Positions 43,137-53,202 of a stretch of 64,000 nt of DNA are shown here, piece after piece. Each line of letters starts with the position of its first letter. Within the stretch, counting starts at the first letter, position 1. Origin of the DNA: Rhodanobacteraceae bacterium (GTDB lineage Bacteria > Pseudomonadota > Gammaproteobacteria > Xanthomonadales > Rhodanobacteraceae). The stretch is taken from positions 32,420 to 96,419 of the forward strand of contig SCQS01000061.1 of the NCBI GenBank assembly GCA_004299705.1. Direction: 5' to 3'. Below the pieces are notes generated by a model. That model was not told the origin of the DNA, did not search any database, and was given only the letters and a program-made list of their open reading frames with translations. The translations under genes were made by a program, and so were the position numbers.

Positions 43137-43775
43137 ATGTCCGATGGGTGCGCGATGAGCCATACGACACGCGATCAATCCAGGCTGCTGGCACGCCTGC
43201 GGCGTGGCTGGGGGGACCCAGCCCGCTCGGCATTGCGCATCGCGTTCATCGCCAATCTGGCCATGTTCGCAATCGGCCTCATCGGCTGGGCCGTGGCCGA
43301 TTCGACCGCCTTGCTTGCGGATGCCTTCGATATGCTGGTCGACGCCTCGGCCTTCGTGTTCGCGTATCTCGCCGTGGGCAGATCAAGGCGCCTGCAAAAA
43401 CTGGCCGCCCGCTGGAGCAGCGTGCTCCTGGTTGCACTGGGGTTGGGCGTGATTGCCGAAGTCGTCGAGCATTGGCTGCACGGCAGCGAGCCCTTGGGGC
43501 TCGCCATCGTCGGCTTTTCATTGCTGTCTCTCGTTGTGAACGGCGGTGTCCTCGCGTTGCTCTCCGGCTATCGACACGCGAGCGAAGTGCAACTGCGCGC
43601 GGCATGGCGCGACGCGCGCGCCGACATCCTGGTCAACATCGGTGTCCTCTTGTCGGGCGTTGCCATTGCCTTGACCGGCTACCGCTACATCGACCTCGCG
43701 GTCGGGCTGGTGATCAGCGCGTTCGTGATCCACGAGGGCATCGAGATTTGGGGCGACGCTTCCCGGGAGAGTTGA
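43137..43775 (+). CDS. Cation diffusion facilitator-type transporter, TM domain only
   Basis: CDF TM2/TM5 metal-site motifs: ALLADAFDMLVDA and the RDARADILVNIGVL region. It lacks the cytoplasmic C-terminal domain. An alternative start lies at 43155. Confidence 0.7.
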   Translation: MSDGCAMSHTTRDQSRLLARLRRGWGDPARSALRIAFIANLAMFAIGLIGWAVADSTALLADAFDMLVDASAFVFAYLAVGRSRRLQKLAARWSSVLLVALGLGVIAEVVEHWLHGSEPLGLAIVGFSLLSLVVNGGVLALLSGYRHASEVQLRAAWRDARADILVNIGVLLSGVAIALTGYRYIDLAVGLVISAFVIHEGIEIWGDASRES

Positions 43776-44265
43776 GCATCCAACCTTGGCGTGGCGCGTG
43801 ATTCTCTCGCGTGCGCCATTCTCGCCCGACCAGCACCACCACGATGACATCGAGCAACGTGAACAGTCCCAGCGCCAACGACGGAAAATGTGCCAAACGG
43901 TAGAGTTGGTAGCCGATGAACGCCGTCAGGACCACCAGCGCCACCGGGAACACCCAACGCAGGCCGCGCAACAAACCCGCGACCAGCGCCAGCTTGATCA
44001 CGCCGTGCACGAGCAGGTAAGCGGCGGCAAAATGCTGGGTACCCGCAGTCAGGTGTTGCGCCATGTTTACCGCATGGGTGGCAAAAAAATCGGTGGGATC
44101 TTCGGCCAGCTCCTCGCGGGCCAGCCATGCAACCATGTGCTGGATCTCGGGCCGTGTAGTCACGAACAGGGCGATGGCTCCGATCAGTTCGAGGAAGCCG
44201 TCTGCACCCTTGAAGATCATTCCAACAAGAAAGGCGCGGTGTACGAGGCGGTCGGCCTTTACCAT
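43714..44265 (-). CDS. DUF2127-like small membrane protein
   Basis: C-terminal 183 aa of ORF 43714..45060; start at MVKADRLVHRAFLVGMIFKGADGFLELIG. Four TM helices. The 3' end overlaps the convergent CDF gene by about 62 nt. Confidence 0.55.
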   Translation of the reverse strand: MVKADRLVHRAFLVGMIFKGADGFLELIGAIALFVTTRPEIQHMVAWLAREELAEDPTDFFATHAVNMAQHLTAGTQHFAAAYLLVHGVIKLALVAGLLRGLRWVFPVALVVLTAFIGYQLYRLAHFPSLALGLFTLLDVIVVVLVGREWRTRENHAPRQGWMLNSPGKRRPKSRCPRGSRTR

Positions 44266-44355
44266 GAGCCCTGATTCCGCGTTGCCGATGGCGAGCTCGA
44301 AGCCGCCGATGACACCGGAGCGTAGCAAAGCCTCCTGAACCGGGATTCCTGCGCC

Positions 44356-45036
44356 ATGCGGGTATTGATCGCCGAAGACGAAACGAAAACGCAACGCTAC
44401 CTTCAGCAGGGCTTGCGCGAACTCGGATTTTCGGTCGAGGCCGTGGGTGACGGCAATGCGGCACTGACCTTGCTGCGTGAGCACAACTTCGATGCAGCCG
44501 TGCTGGACGTGATGCTGCCGGGCCAGGATGGCTGGAGCATCGTGAAGGCCTTGCGCGCGGAGGCCAATCACACCCCAGTGCTGTTCCTGACCGCGCGTGA
44601 TCACGTCGAGGACCGGGTACGCGGGTTCGAGCTCGGCGCCGACGACTACCTGATCAAGCCGTTTGCCTTCGCGGAGCTGGTGGCGCGCCTGCGCAACATC
44701 GCACGGCACTCGGAACCGGCTGGCGAGTCCGCGCAACTGGAAGTGGGTGACGTGCGTTTCGACCTGTTGCGGCATCGGGTCGCGCGGGCAGGGCAGGTGT
44801 TGCAACTGACGCCGAAGGAATACGCATTGCTGCTCCTGCTGGCCCGCAACCGCGGCCGTGTGCTGGGACGCACCTTGATCGCCGAAAGCGTCTGGGGGTT
44901 GTGCTTCGATGCGCAAACCAATGCCGTCGACGTGCTGGTGCGTCGGTTGCGGGCCAAACTGGATGCGCCGTTCCCGGCCCCGATGTTGCGCACCGTGCGC
45001 GGCGTCGGCTACGTGCTGGACGTCGATGCCGGCTGA
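44356..45036 (+). CDS. Heavy-metal response regulator (CusR/CopR family, OmpR class)
   Basis: MRVLIAEDETKTQRYLQQGLRE, DVMLPGQDGW, FLTARD and DDYLIKPFAFAEL, with a winged-helix C-terminal domain. Confidence 0.9.
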   Translation: MRVLIAEDETKTQRYLQQGLRELGFSVEAVGDGNAALTLLREHNFDAAVLDVMLPGQDGWSIVKALRAEANHTPVLFLTARDHVEDRVRGFELGADDYLIKPFAFAELVARLRNIARHSEPAGESAQLEVGDVRFDLLRHRVARAGQVLQLTPKEYALLLLLARNRGRVLGRTLIAESVWGLCFDAQTNAVDVLVRRLRAKLDAPFPAPMLRTVRGVGYVLDVDAG

Positions 45037-46474
45037 GTCCACCAGGCGCACGCTCTCCATTGGCGCCCGTCTGACGGTGCTCTACACCGTGGTGGTGCTG
45101 GGTGTGATGGTGCTGTTTGCCGCGGCGGTGATGTGGCAGTTGTCGGCGACTTTCAATGCCGAGCACCAGCGCTTTCTCAAAGACAAGGTTGCCGAATTGC
45201 AGACCGATCTGGACGGCGGCCATGGCAGTCCCGGGGCGTTGCTCGCGGAGATCGGCCGTGAAACCGCCGACCGCGGTGTTCGCCAGTACGAGGCGCGCGT
45301 ACTGGCTGCGGACGGTCGTGTGCTGGGCGAAACCCCCGGCATGCGCACGAGTTTGCCGATCGCCTTTTTCGCCAGGACCGCGGCGCCCGGTGCTGCATTC
45401 CGGAACCGAACGGTCGGCACGCGGGTATTCGCGCTCGCCACGGTGCCACTGCGGGATCAAACCGGGGCGGCGGTCGTGCAGTTGCAGATTGCACTGGACA
45501 TCACCCGCGACCATCGGCTGTTGACCGCGTTGAGTCACGCGATCTGGCTGACGTTCGCACTGCTGACCCTGCTGCTGGTGCTGGCGGGGTACGCGGTATC
45601 CACCAAAGGGTTGGCGCCACTCAAACGTATCGTGGGCGCGGCGCGTGAAGTGACACCGACGCGTCTGTCCGCACGTATCCCGACCGACCCGCCTTGGCCG
45701 CGCGAACTGGCGGAACTGGTGTGGGTCTTCAACGCGATGCTCACGCGATTGGAGGAGGCCTTCGCACGCTTGTCGCGGTTCTCGGCCGATCTTGCCCACG
45801 AGTTGCGCACGCCGCTCGGCAACATGAGTGGCGCGCTCGAGGTTTGTCTTTTGCGCGAACGCGAAGGCGATGACTATCGCTCGGTGCTGGAATCCAACCT
45901 CGAAGAGTGCCGCCGCCTTGGCGCGTTGATCGACAACCTGTTGTTCATGGCCCGCGTCGAGCGCGCGGACCAGGCGATCCGCGTCGAGACATTCGATGGA
46001 CGCGAGGCTTGCGAATGGGTGCTGGCGCAACAGGCGCAAGCCGCAGCGTCGCGTGGACTGGCCATCGACGTATCGGGCGACGCGCGAATCACGGCCGACC
46101 CGGTGCTGTTCCGGCAGGCGCTGACCAATCTCGTGGCCAATGCCATCCTGCATGCCGGCGCCGGCGTGGGCTCGAGCGTTCGCATCGAACTCGCAGCCGA
46201 TGAAGGAAGCCGTGTCGTACGCGTCATCGACCGTGGCGTCGGCATCGATGCCGCGCACTTGCCGCACCTGTTCGACCGGTTTTACCGGGTCGACCCGGCC
46301 CGCGTGCGTGGCAACGGACAGGGCACCGGCCTCGGGCTGTCGATCGTCAAGACCATCGTCGATCTGCATGGCGGCACGGTCGACATCCGAAGTGCGCGTG
46401 GCGAGGGCACCCAGGTCACCTTGCGGTTTCCTGCGCCGGATCGCCAAGACTTCTCGACTCGCGAGGCGATCTGA
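45026..46474 (+). CDS. Heavy-metal sensor histidine kinase (CusS/CopS family)
   Basis: Lies within ORF 44909..46474; start at MPAESTRRTLSIGARL overlaps the regulator's 3' end. H-box FSADLAHELRTPL, N-box NLVANAILHA and G-boxes DRGVGI, GTGLGLSIV. Confidence 0.9.
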   Translation: MPAESTRRTLSIGARLTVLYTVVVLGVMVLFAAAVMWQLSATFNAEHQRFLKDKVAELQTDLDGGHGSPGALLAEIGRETADRGVRQYEARVLAADGRVLGETPGMRTSLPIAFFARTAAPGAAFRNRTVGTRVFALATVPLRDQTGAAVVQLQIALDITRDHRLLTALSHAIWLTFALLTLLLVLAGYAVSTKGLAPLKRIVGAAREVTPTRLSARIPTDPPWPRELAELVWVFNAMLTRLEEAFARLSRFSADLAHELRTPLGNMSGALEVCLLREREGDDYRSVLESNLEECRRLGALIDNLLFMARVERADQAIRVETFDGREACEWVLAQQAQAAASRGLAIDVSGDARITADPVLFRQALTNLVANAILHAGAGVGSSVRIELAADEGSRVVRVIDRGVGIDAAHLPHLFDRFYRVDPARVRGNGQGTGLGLSIVKTIVDLHGGTVDIRSARGEGTQVTLRFPAPDRQDFSTREAI

Positions 46475-46598
46475 TTCAAGGCGGAACCTGCTTGCGCCAC
46501 ATGACAAAAATGTCATGCAAACGAGCGGCTTTTGACGCCATGGCCTGCCTAGACTCTACCCCATGCCGGCCGCGTGCCGGCACCGGAGTCAGTCACGG

Positions 46599-47603
46599 AT
46601 GCGATGGCACGCAGCCTTGCTTGTGATATGGGCGATACCAGCCGTGGCGGCGGCGCCCGTCACGCTGCCCGCGCGCGCCGTGCAGTATCGGCCGGAAGTG
46701 CGTGCGTGGGCGCAAGTGGAATCACTCGCGCCGCTGGTATTGCGAACCCAGGTTGTCGCGCGGGTCGACCAGGTGCTGGTCGTTCCCGGCCAGACCGTGC
46801 AAGCGGGCGAACCCCTGGTCACGCTGGGCGGCCCGACCCTGGCGGGGGAACTGTCGGCGGCGCGCGCGCGTACACAAGCTGCGCAACAGGAACTCGCGGC
46901 GGCGCAGCACACGTTGGCGTCGGCGAAGCGTACCTATCCCGTGGTCACCGACCGCAAGACCCTCGATGCCGCACAAGCGGGATTGGCCGCTGCGGAAAAC
47001 GATGCGGCCGCGGCGCACACTGCGCTCGCAACGTTGCAGGCCCAGCAAACGTTGAGGAGTCCTGCAGCCGCCATCATCGGCCAGGTGGAGGCTGCGCCGG
47101 GCGCCGATCTCACCGCGGGCGCGCCGGTCTTGACCCTGCATTCGCACGGATCGTTGTGGTTGCGCGCAGAGGTGTTCGGCGACCAGGTGTTGCCCGCAAC
47201 GGCGACGGCACGATTCGCGCCGGCCGATGGGGGAGCGGCCATCGCGGTGCGCCGGGTCGCGGAGTTGCCGGCACGTGCGCAGAATGGAGCGCGCGTTTTC
47301 AACTTCATCGCAGCGGGTGCCGCGCCTTGGCAGGCTGGGGAAACCGGCGACCTGGTTTGGCAGGGAACGCAACGTACTGCCGTGGCGGTGCCGTCCGAAG
47401 CGCTGGTGCTCAATGCAGGACATTGGTACGTGCTGACCGATGTGCACGGCAAGCTTGTCGCCCAGGCAGTGACACCGGGGCCCACGCGCGGAACCGATGT
47501 GTTGATCACGCACGGCCTGCGCGCGGGCGTCCCCGTGGTCGTGCGCCAGGCGTATCTGCTGTTCCACCGTGACTTCTCGGCGCAGTACGCGCCGCTCGAC
47601 TGA
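46599..47603 (+). CDS. RND efflux periplasmic adaptor (MFP) subunit
   Basis: ORF 46563..47603; start placed at MRWHAALLVIWAIPAVAAA (signal peptide). Contains a coiled-coil hairpin region (ELSAARARTQAAQQELAAAQ) and beta-barrel motifs. Confidence 0.75.
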   Translation: MRWHAALLVIWAIPAVAAAPVTLPARAVQYRPEVRAWAQVESLAPLVLRTQVVARVDQVLVVPGQTVQAGEPLVTLGGPTLAGELSAARARTQAAQQELAAAQHTLASAKRTYPVVTDRKTLDAAQAGLAAAENDAAAAHTALATLQAQQTLRSPAAAIIGQVEAAPGADLTAGAPVLTLHSHGSLWLRAEVFGDQVLPATATARFAPADGGAAIAVRRVAELPARAQNGARVFNFIAAGAAPWQAGETGDLVWQGTQRTAVAVPSEALVLNAGHWYVLTDVHGKLVAQAVTPGPTRGTDVLITHGLRAGVPVVVRQAYLLFHRDFSAQYAPLD

Positions 47604-50600
47604 TGCGCGTTCCCGACTGGCTGCAGCGTCCGCTGGTATGGGGCATGCTGTACACCGTGCTGCTGGGGTTTGGCGCCTGGGCGTTGTGGCATATCCCCGC
47701 CGAAGTGCTGCCGCGCTTCACCTTCCCGGAGATCAGCGTGGTCGTGCATGCGCCGGGCTACGCCACGCTGGAAATGGAGTCGCTCGTCGCGCGGCCGCTG
47801 GAAGGCCAGTTGATGGGGTTGCAAGGGTTGACGTCACTGCACACGACGATCGACCAGGGCAGCACGGAGCTGGATGCGCGCTTCACCCAAGGCACGAATC
47901 CGCAACTGGCGTTGCAGGCGGTTTACAGCGCGATTGACCGCGCACGCGCCAACCTGCCTCCCGGGGTGGCGCCGTATGCGGAGATCATGGGCAACGCGGT
48001 CAACGAGGTGGCCGACTATGCGGTGTCGCTGCCCCCCGGCGTGCCCGCCTGGGTAGCCGAAAATGCGATCCGTGCCCACGTATTGCCCGCGCTGCGTTCC
48101 TTGCCGGGCGTGCAGCGCGTGGAGTTGTTCGGCGCGGGACCGCCCACGCTGTGGATCCAGCCGAATCCCCGGGCGTTGATCCAGCACCATGTAGGCGTCG
48201 AAGCCTTGGCCAAAGCCATCGGCGATGCGGTGGTGCTGGCGCCCGCGGGGCGGCTGGTGCTCGGCCACCAGGATGTGTTGCTCGAATTGCGTGATCTGCC
48301 CCAGTCCGCGCACGACCTGCTCGGCATTCCAGTGCCCACGCCGGCCGGGCCGGTACCGCTTGAAGCGTTGGCGCGCGTCGTGGATGCGCCCCCCGCCGTG
48401 CACTATGGCGTGCAACTGGATGGTCGTCCCAGCCTGGGGCTGGTGGTGCTCAAACAACCGGATGCCTCGACGGTTCCGGTCGATGCCGCGGTTGCACGCA
48501 CGCTCAAAGCCTTGCAGGGACAACTGCCACCGGGCGCCCGCTGGGTGACGATCTATCGCCAGGCGCACCTGGTATCCCTGATCGGAACCGACCTCTCGCG
48601 CGACATGCTGATCGGCGGGGTACTCGCGATCCTGGTGCTGATCTGGCTGCTGGGCCGCCATCACGGGGTCGGCGTACTGGCGCTCAGCATCCCCACCGTG
48701 ATCGTGCTGGCAATCGGCGGTCTGTACGCGTTCGGCCAGAGCCTCAACCTGTTGACGCTCGGCGCGCTGACCCTGGCCGTGGGCCTGCTGGTGGACGATG
48801 GCATCATCGTGCTGGAAGCGATCCAGCATCGCTGGGAGAACGGCACGCAAGGCTGGGCCGGCGTGCGCGCCGGGGTCGCCGACATCGCGCTTGCCGACAT
48901 CACCGGCACGCTCACCACGATCGCGTCCTACCTGCCGCTGCTCGCGATCTCCGGTTTGGCCGGCTTGTTCATGCGGCCTTTCGCACTCGCGATGAGTCTC
49001 GCGCTGCTCGCATCGCTGCTGGTGTCGTTGACGCTGATTCCGCTGGTGCTGGGGCGCCGAAGTCATGTCGGCAAGGCATCGGTCAGCGGTCAGCGTTTTC
49101 TTGCCAGCTTGACGCGCGGCAACGGACGGCTGCTCGACTTCACGCTGCGGCGTCCGGGCTTGAGCCTCACCGGTGCCGCCGTGCTGTTCGTGATCTCGCT
49201 GGGCGCACTGGTGCTGGTGCCGGTGAATTTCCTGCCGCTGCCGAACGAGGGCGTGTTGCTCGACAGTTTTACCCTGTCGCCTGGAACCTCGCTCGACCAG
49301 ACCCTGGCGACGGTGGATCGCATGAGTGCGGCGCTCAAGGCCGATCCTGCGGTTGCGCACGTGTACGCACGGATCGGTTCCGCCGAAGACACCGCCTACA
49401 CCGAGAAGACCTCAGCGGGTGAAATCCAGATCGTGCTGAAGCCGGGTGTCGGCATCAACAACTTGAGCAAGCTTGCCGCGCACTTGCGCGAAGTGGCCCG
49501 ACAGCCCGGGGTGGTACAGAGCATCGATACCCCGACCATCGAGCGGGTCGGGGAAAGTCTTTCGGGTTTGCCGCAGCCGTTCGAAATCACGCTGTTCGGC
49601 AACAGCGTCGACACCCTGCGCCGCCTGTCACAACAAATTACAGCGCGGCTCAAGACGGTGCCTGCGCTCACCGACATCTTCAACAACGATGCCTACCCGG
49701 TCACCCAACTGCAAATCGAGCCCCGCGCGGAGGTTTTGCGCAGCCTCGGCCTCACGCCAGCCAGTCTGGCCCGGCAACTCGGTTTGCTGCTGCGCGGTGA
49801 GGTGCTCGCCAGCGTGCCGTATGGCGCGAGCCGGCTCGACCTCTACCTGCGTCAGGCCGATGCGCCCTACCTCGACCTCGCACAACTCGCGCGCGAACCC
49901 ATCTTCACACCCAAGGGTTGGGTGCCGTTGTCGCAGGTCGCGAAACTCGACCTGCAGGCACAACCCAATCGACTCGAACACTTCGGTGGCGAACGCGCCT
50001 TGACCATCCTGGCCACGCCGTTGCGGGCGCTCGGCAGCGTGGCTGCCGATGCCAAGGCGGCGTTGCACGGGCTCAAGCTGCCGCCGGGCTATCGCATCAG
50101 CTTCGGGGGCTTGTACCCGGAATTGATCCATACCGTCGAAGCGATCGGCCTTGCGATCGTGGTGGCGCTGGCCCTGATGCTGGGCATCCTCGCGTTGCAG
50201 TTCGGTGGTTGGCGGTTGCCGTTGATCTTGTTGCTGCAAGCGCCGCTCGCATTCACGGGCGGCGTGTTGTTGCTGGCGATGACCGGGGTGGGCCTGAATG
50301 CCACGGGCCTGATCGGGTTGCTCACGCTGGTGGGGATCAGCCTCAACCACGGCATCGTGCTGCTGACCTACGTGCGCGCGCATGAAAAACAGGGCATGTC
50401 ACCCGAAGACGCCGTCCGTACCGCCACGCGCGAACGCCTGCGGCCCATCGTGCTGACGGCGCTCACTGCCGCGCTGGGCATGCTGCCTATCGCATTGGGA
50501 TTCGGTGAAGGCGCCGCACCCGAACAGGGCCTCGCGATCGTGGTGCTGGGCGGCGTGCTGTGGAGTTCGGTACTTTCCACCAACCTGTTGCCGGCGCTGT

Positions 50601-50629
50601 ACCTGCGCTGGGGGCGGGCGCGGTCATGA
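47603..50629 (+). CDS. RND efflux permease (CusA/CzcA-like heavy-metal efflux family)
   Basis: 1008 aa with 12 TM segments and two large periplasmic loops. Conserved LGALTLAVGLLVDDGIIVLE in TM4. The start abuts the MFP stop. Confidence 0.9.
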   Translation: MRVPDWLQRPLVWGMLYTVLLGFGAWALWHIPAEVLPRFTFPEISVVVHAPGYATLEMESLVARPLEGQLMGLQGLTSLHTTIDQGSTELDARFTQGTNPQLALQAVYSAIDRARANLPPGVAPYAEIMGNAVNEVADYAVSLPPGVPAWVAENAIRAHVLPALRSLPGVQRVELFGAGPPTLWIQPNPRALIQHHVGVEALAKAIGDAVVLAPAGRLVLGHQDVLLELRDLPQSAHDLLGIPVPTPAGPVPLEALARVVDAPPAVHYGVQLDGRPSLGLVVLKQPDASTVPVDAAVARTLKALQGQLPPGARWVTIYRQAHLVSLIGTDLSRDMLIGGVLAILVLIWLLGRHHGVGVLALSIPTVIVLAIGGLYAFGQSLNLLTLGALTLAVGLLVDDGIIVLEAIQHRWENGTQGWAGVRAGVADIALADITGTLTTIASYLPLLAISGLAGLFMRPFALAMSLALLASLLVSLTLIPLVLGRRSHVGKASVSGQRFLASLTRGNGRLLDFTLRRPGLSLTGAAVLFVISLGALVLVPVNFLPLPNEGVLLDSFTLSPGTSLDQTLATVDRMSAALKADPAVAHVYARIGSAEDTAYTEKTSAGEIQIVLKPGVGINNLSKLAAHLREVARQPGVVQSIDTPTIERVGESLSGLPQPFEITLFGNSVDTLRRLSQQITARLKTVPALTDIFNNDAYPVTQLQIEPRAEVLRSLGLTPASLARQLGLLLRGEVLASVPYGASRLDLYLRQADAPYLDLAQLAREPIFTPKGWVPLSQVAKLDLQAQPNRLEHFGGERALTILATPLRALGSVAADAKAALHGLKLPPGYRISFGGLYPELIHTVEAIGLAIVVALALMLGILALQFGGWRLPLILLLQAPLAFTGGVLLLAMTGVGLNATGLIGLLTLVGISLNHGIVLLTYVRAHEKQGMSPEDAVRTATRERLRPIVLTALTAALGMLPIALGFGEGAAPEQGLAIVVLGGVLWSSVLSTNLLPALYLRWGRARS

Positions 50630-51987
50630 AGGCGCGTCGTCTCACGTGGCTGCTGCTTCTGCTGCTTACCGGCTGCGCCACGTACCAGCCGCTGCCGTTG
50701 AATCAACACGCCCGCGCACCCGCCCATCCGGCTGACATCAAGGTCGCCTCTTCGGTCCTGAAGTTGTTTCCACCCCGTCATCACCGCTTCGATCCCAGTC
50801 GCGGACTGGACATGACCGACGTCGCGATCCTCGCGGTGGCCAACAATCCGCGGCTGAAACTCGCACGCGATGAACGCGGCATCGCACATGCCCAGGCCTT
50901 CGCCGCGGGCCTGCTGCCCGACCCCGTGCTGGACCTCGCGCACGGCACGCCGACGGCCGGGCCTTACGAAACCTCGTCCTTCGATCTCGGCCTTTCCTAC
51001 GACATCGAAGCGTTGCTCGTCCACCCGTTGGCCAAGCGCGCCGCGAACGCCTCGGCGCGCGAAGTCGACCTGAATCTGCTGTGGATGGAGTGGCAAGTGA
51101 TCGGGGCGGCCCGCCAGCTCTTCGTGCGCGATGTCTATCAGGCGAACATGCTTGCGGTGTTGCGTGAAGAAACGGGCGTGCTCGCGAAACAGCATGCGCG
51201 ACTGGTCGCGGTGAGCAAGGACGGCGGTGTCTCGCAGGCCGCGGTCGCCGCCGATCTTGCCAGCCTGCAGGCTGTCGAAACCCGTCTGCACGATGGTGAA
51301 CGCCAGTTGCTCAAGACCCGGCAGGACCTGAACGCTTTGCTGGGTTTGTCGCCCAAGGCGCATCTGCACCTGGTCGGACCGACAACCGTCCCCGCGCTCG
51401 GTGACGCCGATGTGGCACGCGCACTCGACGCACTTCCGCATCGACGCCCTGATTTGCTGGCCCTGCAGGCAGGTTACCGAAGTGCCGATGCACGTTACCG
51501 TCAGGCGATTCTGGAGCAGTTTCCGGCCATCCAGATCGGCTTCACGCGGGCACGTGATGCCGACGCCATCTACACCCGTGGTTTCCAGATCTCGCTGACC
51601 CTGCCGATCTTCAACCGCAACCGCGGCAACGTCGCGATCACGAAGGCCACGCGCAAGGAGCTGCACGACCAGTACGCCATTCGCCTGTCGCAGGCACGCG
51701 CTCAGGCCGAGCAAATCCTTCAGGACCAGGCGTTGTTTGCGCGCCAACGCGCGCAGGTCCGGCAAGCGACGAAGTTCACTTCAGAAACCCTCGACCATGC
51801 CCGTGCAATCGCACTGCCAGGCGACATGTCCGGCATGTCCCAAGCCCAACTCCAAGCCAACGCATTCGATCGCAAACTGGCGCTGTTGAGCATCAATGAA
51901 TCCATGCTGGAGCAGGGGGTGGCGCTGCAGGCGCTTTTGGGGACGATCGCACCGTACAGCCTGGGCAAAACCCTCAAGTCGCGCTGA
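50626..51987 (+). CDS. Outer-membrane efflux lipoprotein (TolC/OMF family)
   Basis: Lies within ORF 50560..51987; start at MKARRLTWLLLLLLTGC (lipobox), with an ATGA overlap on the RND stop. Shows the duplicated OEP repeat pattern. Confidence 0.85.
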   Translation: MKARRLTWLLLLLLTGCATYQPLPLNQHARAPAHPADIKVASSVLKLFPPRHHRFDPSRGLDMTDVAILAVANNPRLKLARDERGIAHAQAFAAGLLPDPVLDLAHGTPTAGPYETSSFDLGLSYDIEALLVHPLAKRAANASAREVDLNLLWMEWQVIGAARQLFVRDVYQANMLAVLREETGVLAKQHARLVAVSKDGGVSQAAVAADLASLQAVETRLHDGERQLLKTRQDLNALLGLSPKAHLHLVGPTTVPALGDADVARALDALPHRRPDLLALQAGYRSADARYRQAILEQFPAIQIGFTRARDADAIYTRGFQISLTLPIFNRNRGNVAITKATRKELHDQYAIRLSQARAQAEQILQDQALFARQRAQVRQATKFTSETLDHARAIALPGDMSGMSQAQLQANAFDRKLALLSINESMLEQGVALQALLGTIAPYSLGKTLKSR

Positions 51988-52196
51988 GCCTTGCATTCAC
52001 CAGCCGAAACGGCAAGGCACATTGTCTCCGTTGATCTGCGGCGTCCGTTCATGCACGGCCAGCGGACGCTGGCGCACGGATAGATCGCCAGCTTCGGCTT
52101 GGGGCCGCGCAGAGCCGCAGGCTTTCGACTGGCTCGCTTGCCAACATGAGATGGTGCGAAACTGTCGCGCTGAACCCTGACAGTCGGAGTGTTTGC

Positions 52197-53147
52197 ATGA
52201 ATCACGCCGCGGTTTCGCCGGTGTTGCTCGTCCATGGCGGCGCAGGCGTCATCCGTCGCGACATGGATGCGGCGACCGAGCATGCGGTGCGCGATGCACT
52301 GGCCGAAGCGCTGCGGCGCGGGCATGCGCGGCTCGCGGCGGGTGGTTCCGCCTTGGATGCGGTGGCCGCGGCGGTGACCACGCTGGAAGACGCGCCGTAT
52401 TTCAACGCCGGCCACGGCGCGGTATTCACGCATGATGGCCACAACGAACTCGATGCCGCGATCATGGATGGCGCCGCGCTGCGTGCGGGCGCGATCGCCG
52501 GCGTGCAGCGCGTACGCAATCCGATCGTGCTCGCGCGCGCGGTGATGGAACACTCGCAGCACGTGATGCTGGCGGGTGCGGGCGCTGAATCCTTCGCGGA
52601 GGCGCAGGGCGTCGCGTTGGTCGATCCCGGTTACTTCCGCACGGAGCGACGCTGGCGCGAACTCGAAGCGGCCAAGACACAAGCCCGGCAGGGCGGGCCG
52701 GTCGATCACTTCGGCACCGTCGGCGCGGTGGCGCTGGATGCTCAGGGTCGCCTCGCCGCCGCGACCTCGACCGGCGGCATGACCGACAAGCGCTGGGGTC
52801 GCATCGGCGATGCGCCGGTGATCGGCGCTGGCACCTATGCCAACGCGGCTTGCGCGATGAGCGGCACCGGTTGGGGCGAGTTCTACATCCGCACCGCCGC
52901 CGCGCACGCGGTGTGCATGCGGGTGGCGGCGATGCACGAGACGGTCGGCGAAGCGGCTGCGCGCGTCATCAACGGGGAAATACCGGCGCTCGGTGGCAGC
53001 GGTGGCGCGATCGTGCTGGGTGCGGATGGCGCCTTCGCGATGCCGTTCAACACCGACGGCATGTATCGCGGACGCGTGGGGTCGGACGGCGTGCCGCACG
53101 TGGCGATCTGGCCGGACGAAAACACCTGGGCCGCGGCGCAAGGGTGA
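52197..53147 (+). CDS. Isoaspartyl peptidase / L-asparaginase (Ntn hydrolase)
   Basis: Lies within ORF 52146..53147; start at MNHAAVSPVLLVHGGAG. Autoprocessing site DHFGTVGAVALD and motif GTGWGEFYIR. Confidence 0.9.
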   Translation: MNHAAVSPVLLVHGGAGVIRRDMDAATEHAVRDALAEALRRGHARLAAGGSALDAVAAAVTTLEDAPYFNAGHGAVFTHDGHNELDAAIMDGAALRAGAIAGVQRVRNPIVLARAVMEHSQHVMLAGAGAESFAEAQGVALVDPGYFRTERRWRELEAAKTQARQGGPVDHFGTVGAVALDAQGRLAAATSTGGMTDKRWGRIGDAPVIGAGTYANAACAMSGTGWGEFYIRTAAAHAVCMRVAAMHETVGEAAARVINGEIPALGGSGGAIVLGADGAFAMPFNTDGMYRGRVGSDGVPHVAIWPDENTWAAAQG

Positions 53148-53202
53148 CGTCCGTTGCCGGTTCTGCGACCATCATGCCGGGTTCGCTGCAGGGCAGGGAT
53201 CG

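Noticed and set aside
44266-45060. Upstream 265 aa of the 448-aa ORF 43714..45060
   Set aside because: It is antisense to the CusR-like regulator. Only the terminal 183 aa (DUF2127-like, 4 TM) look like a real gene.
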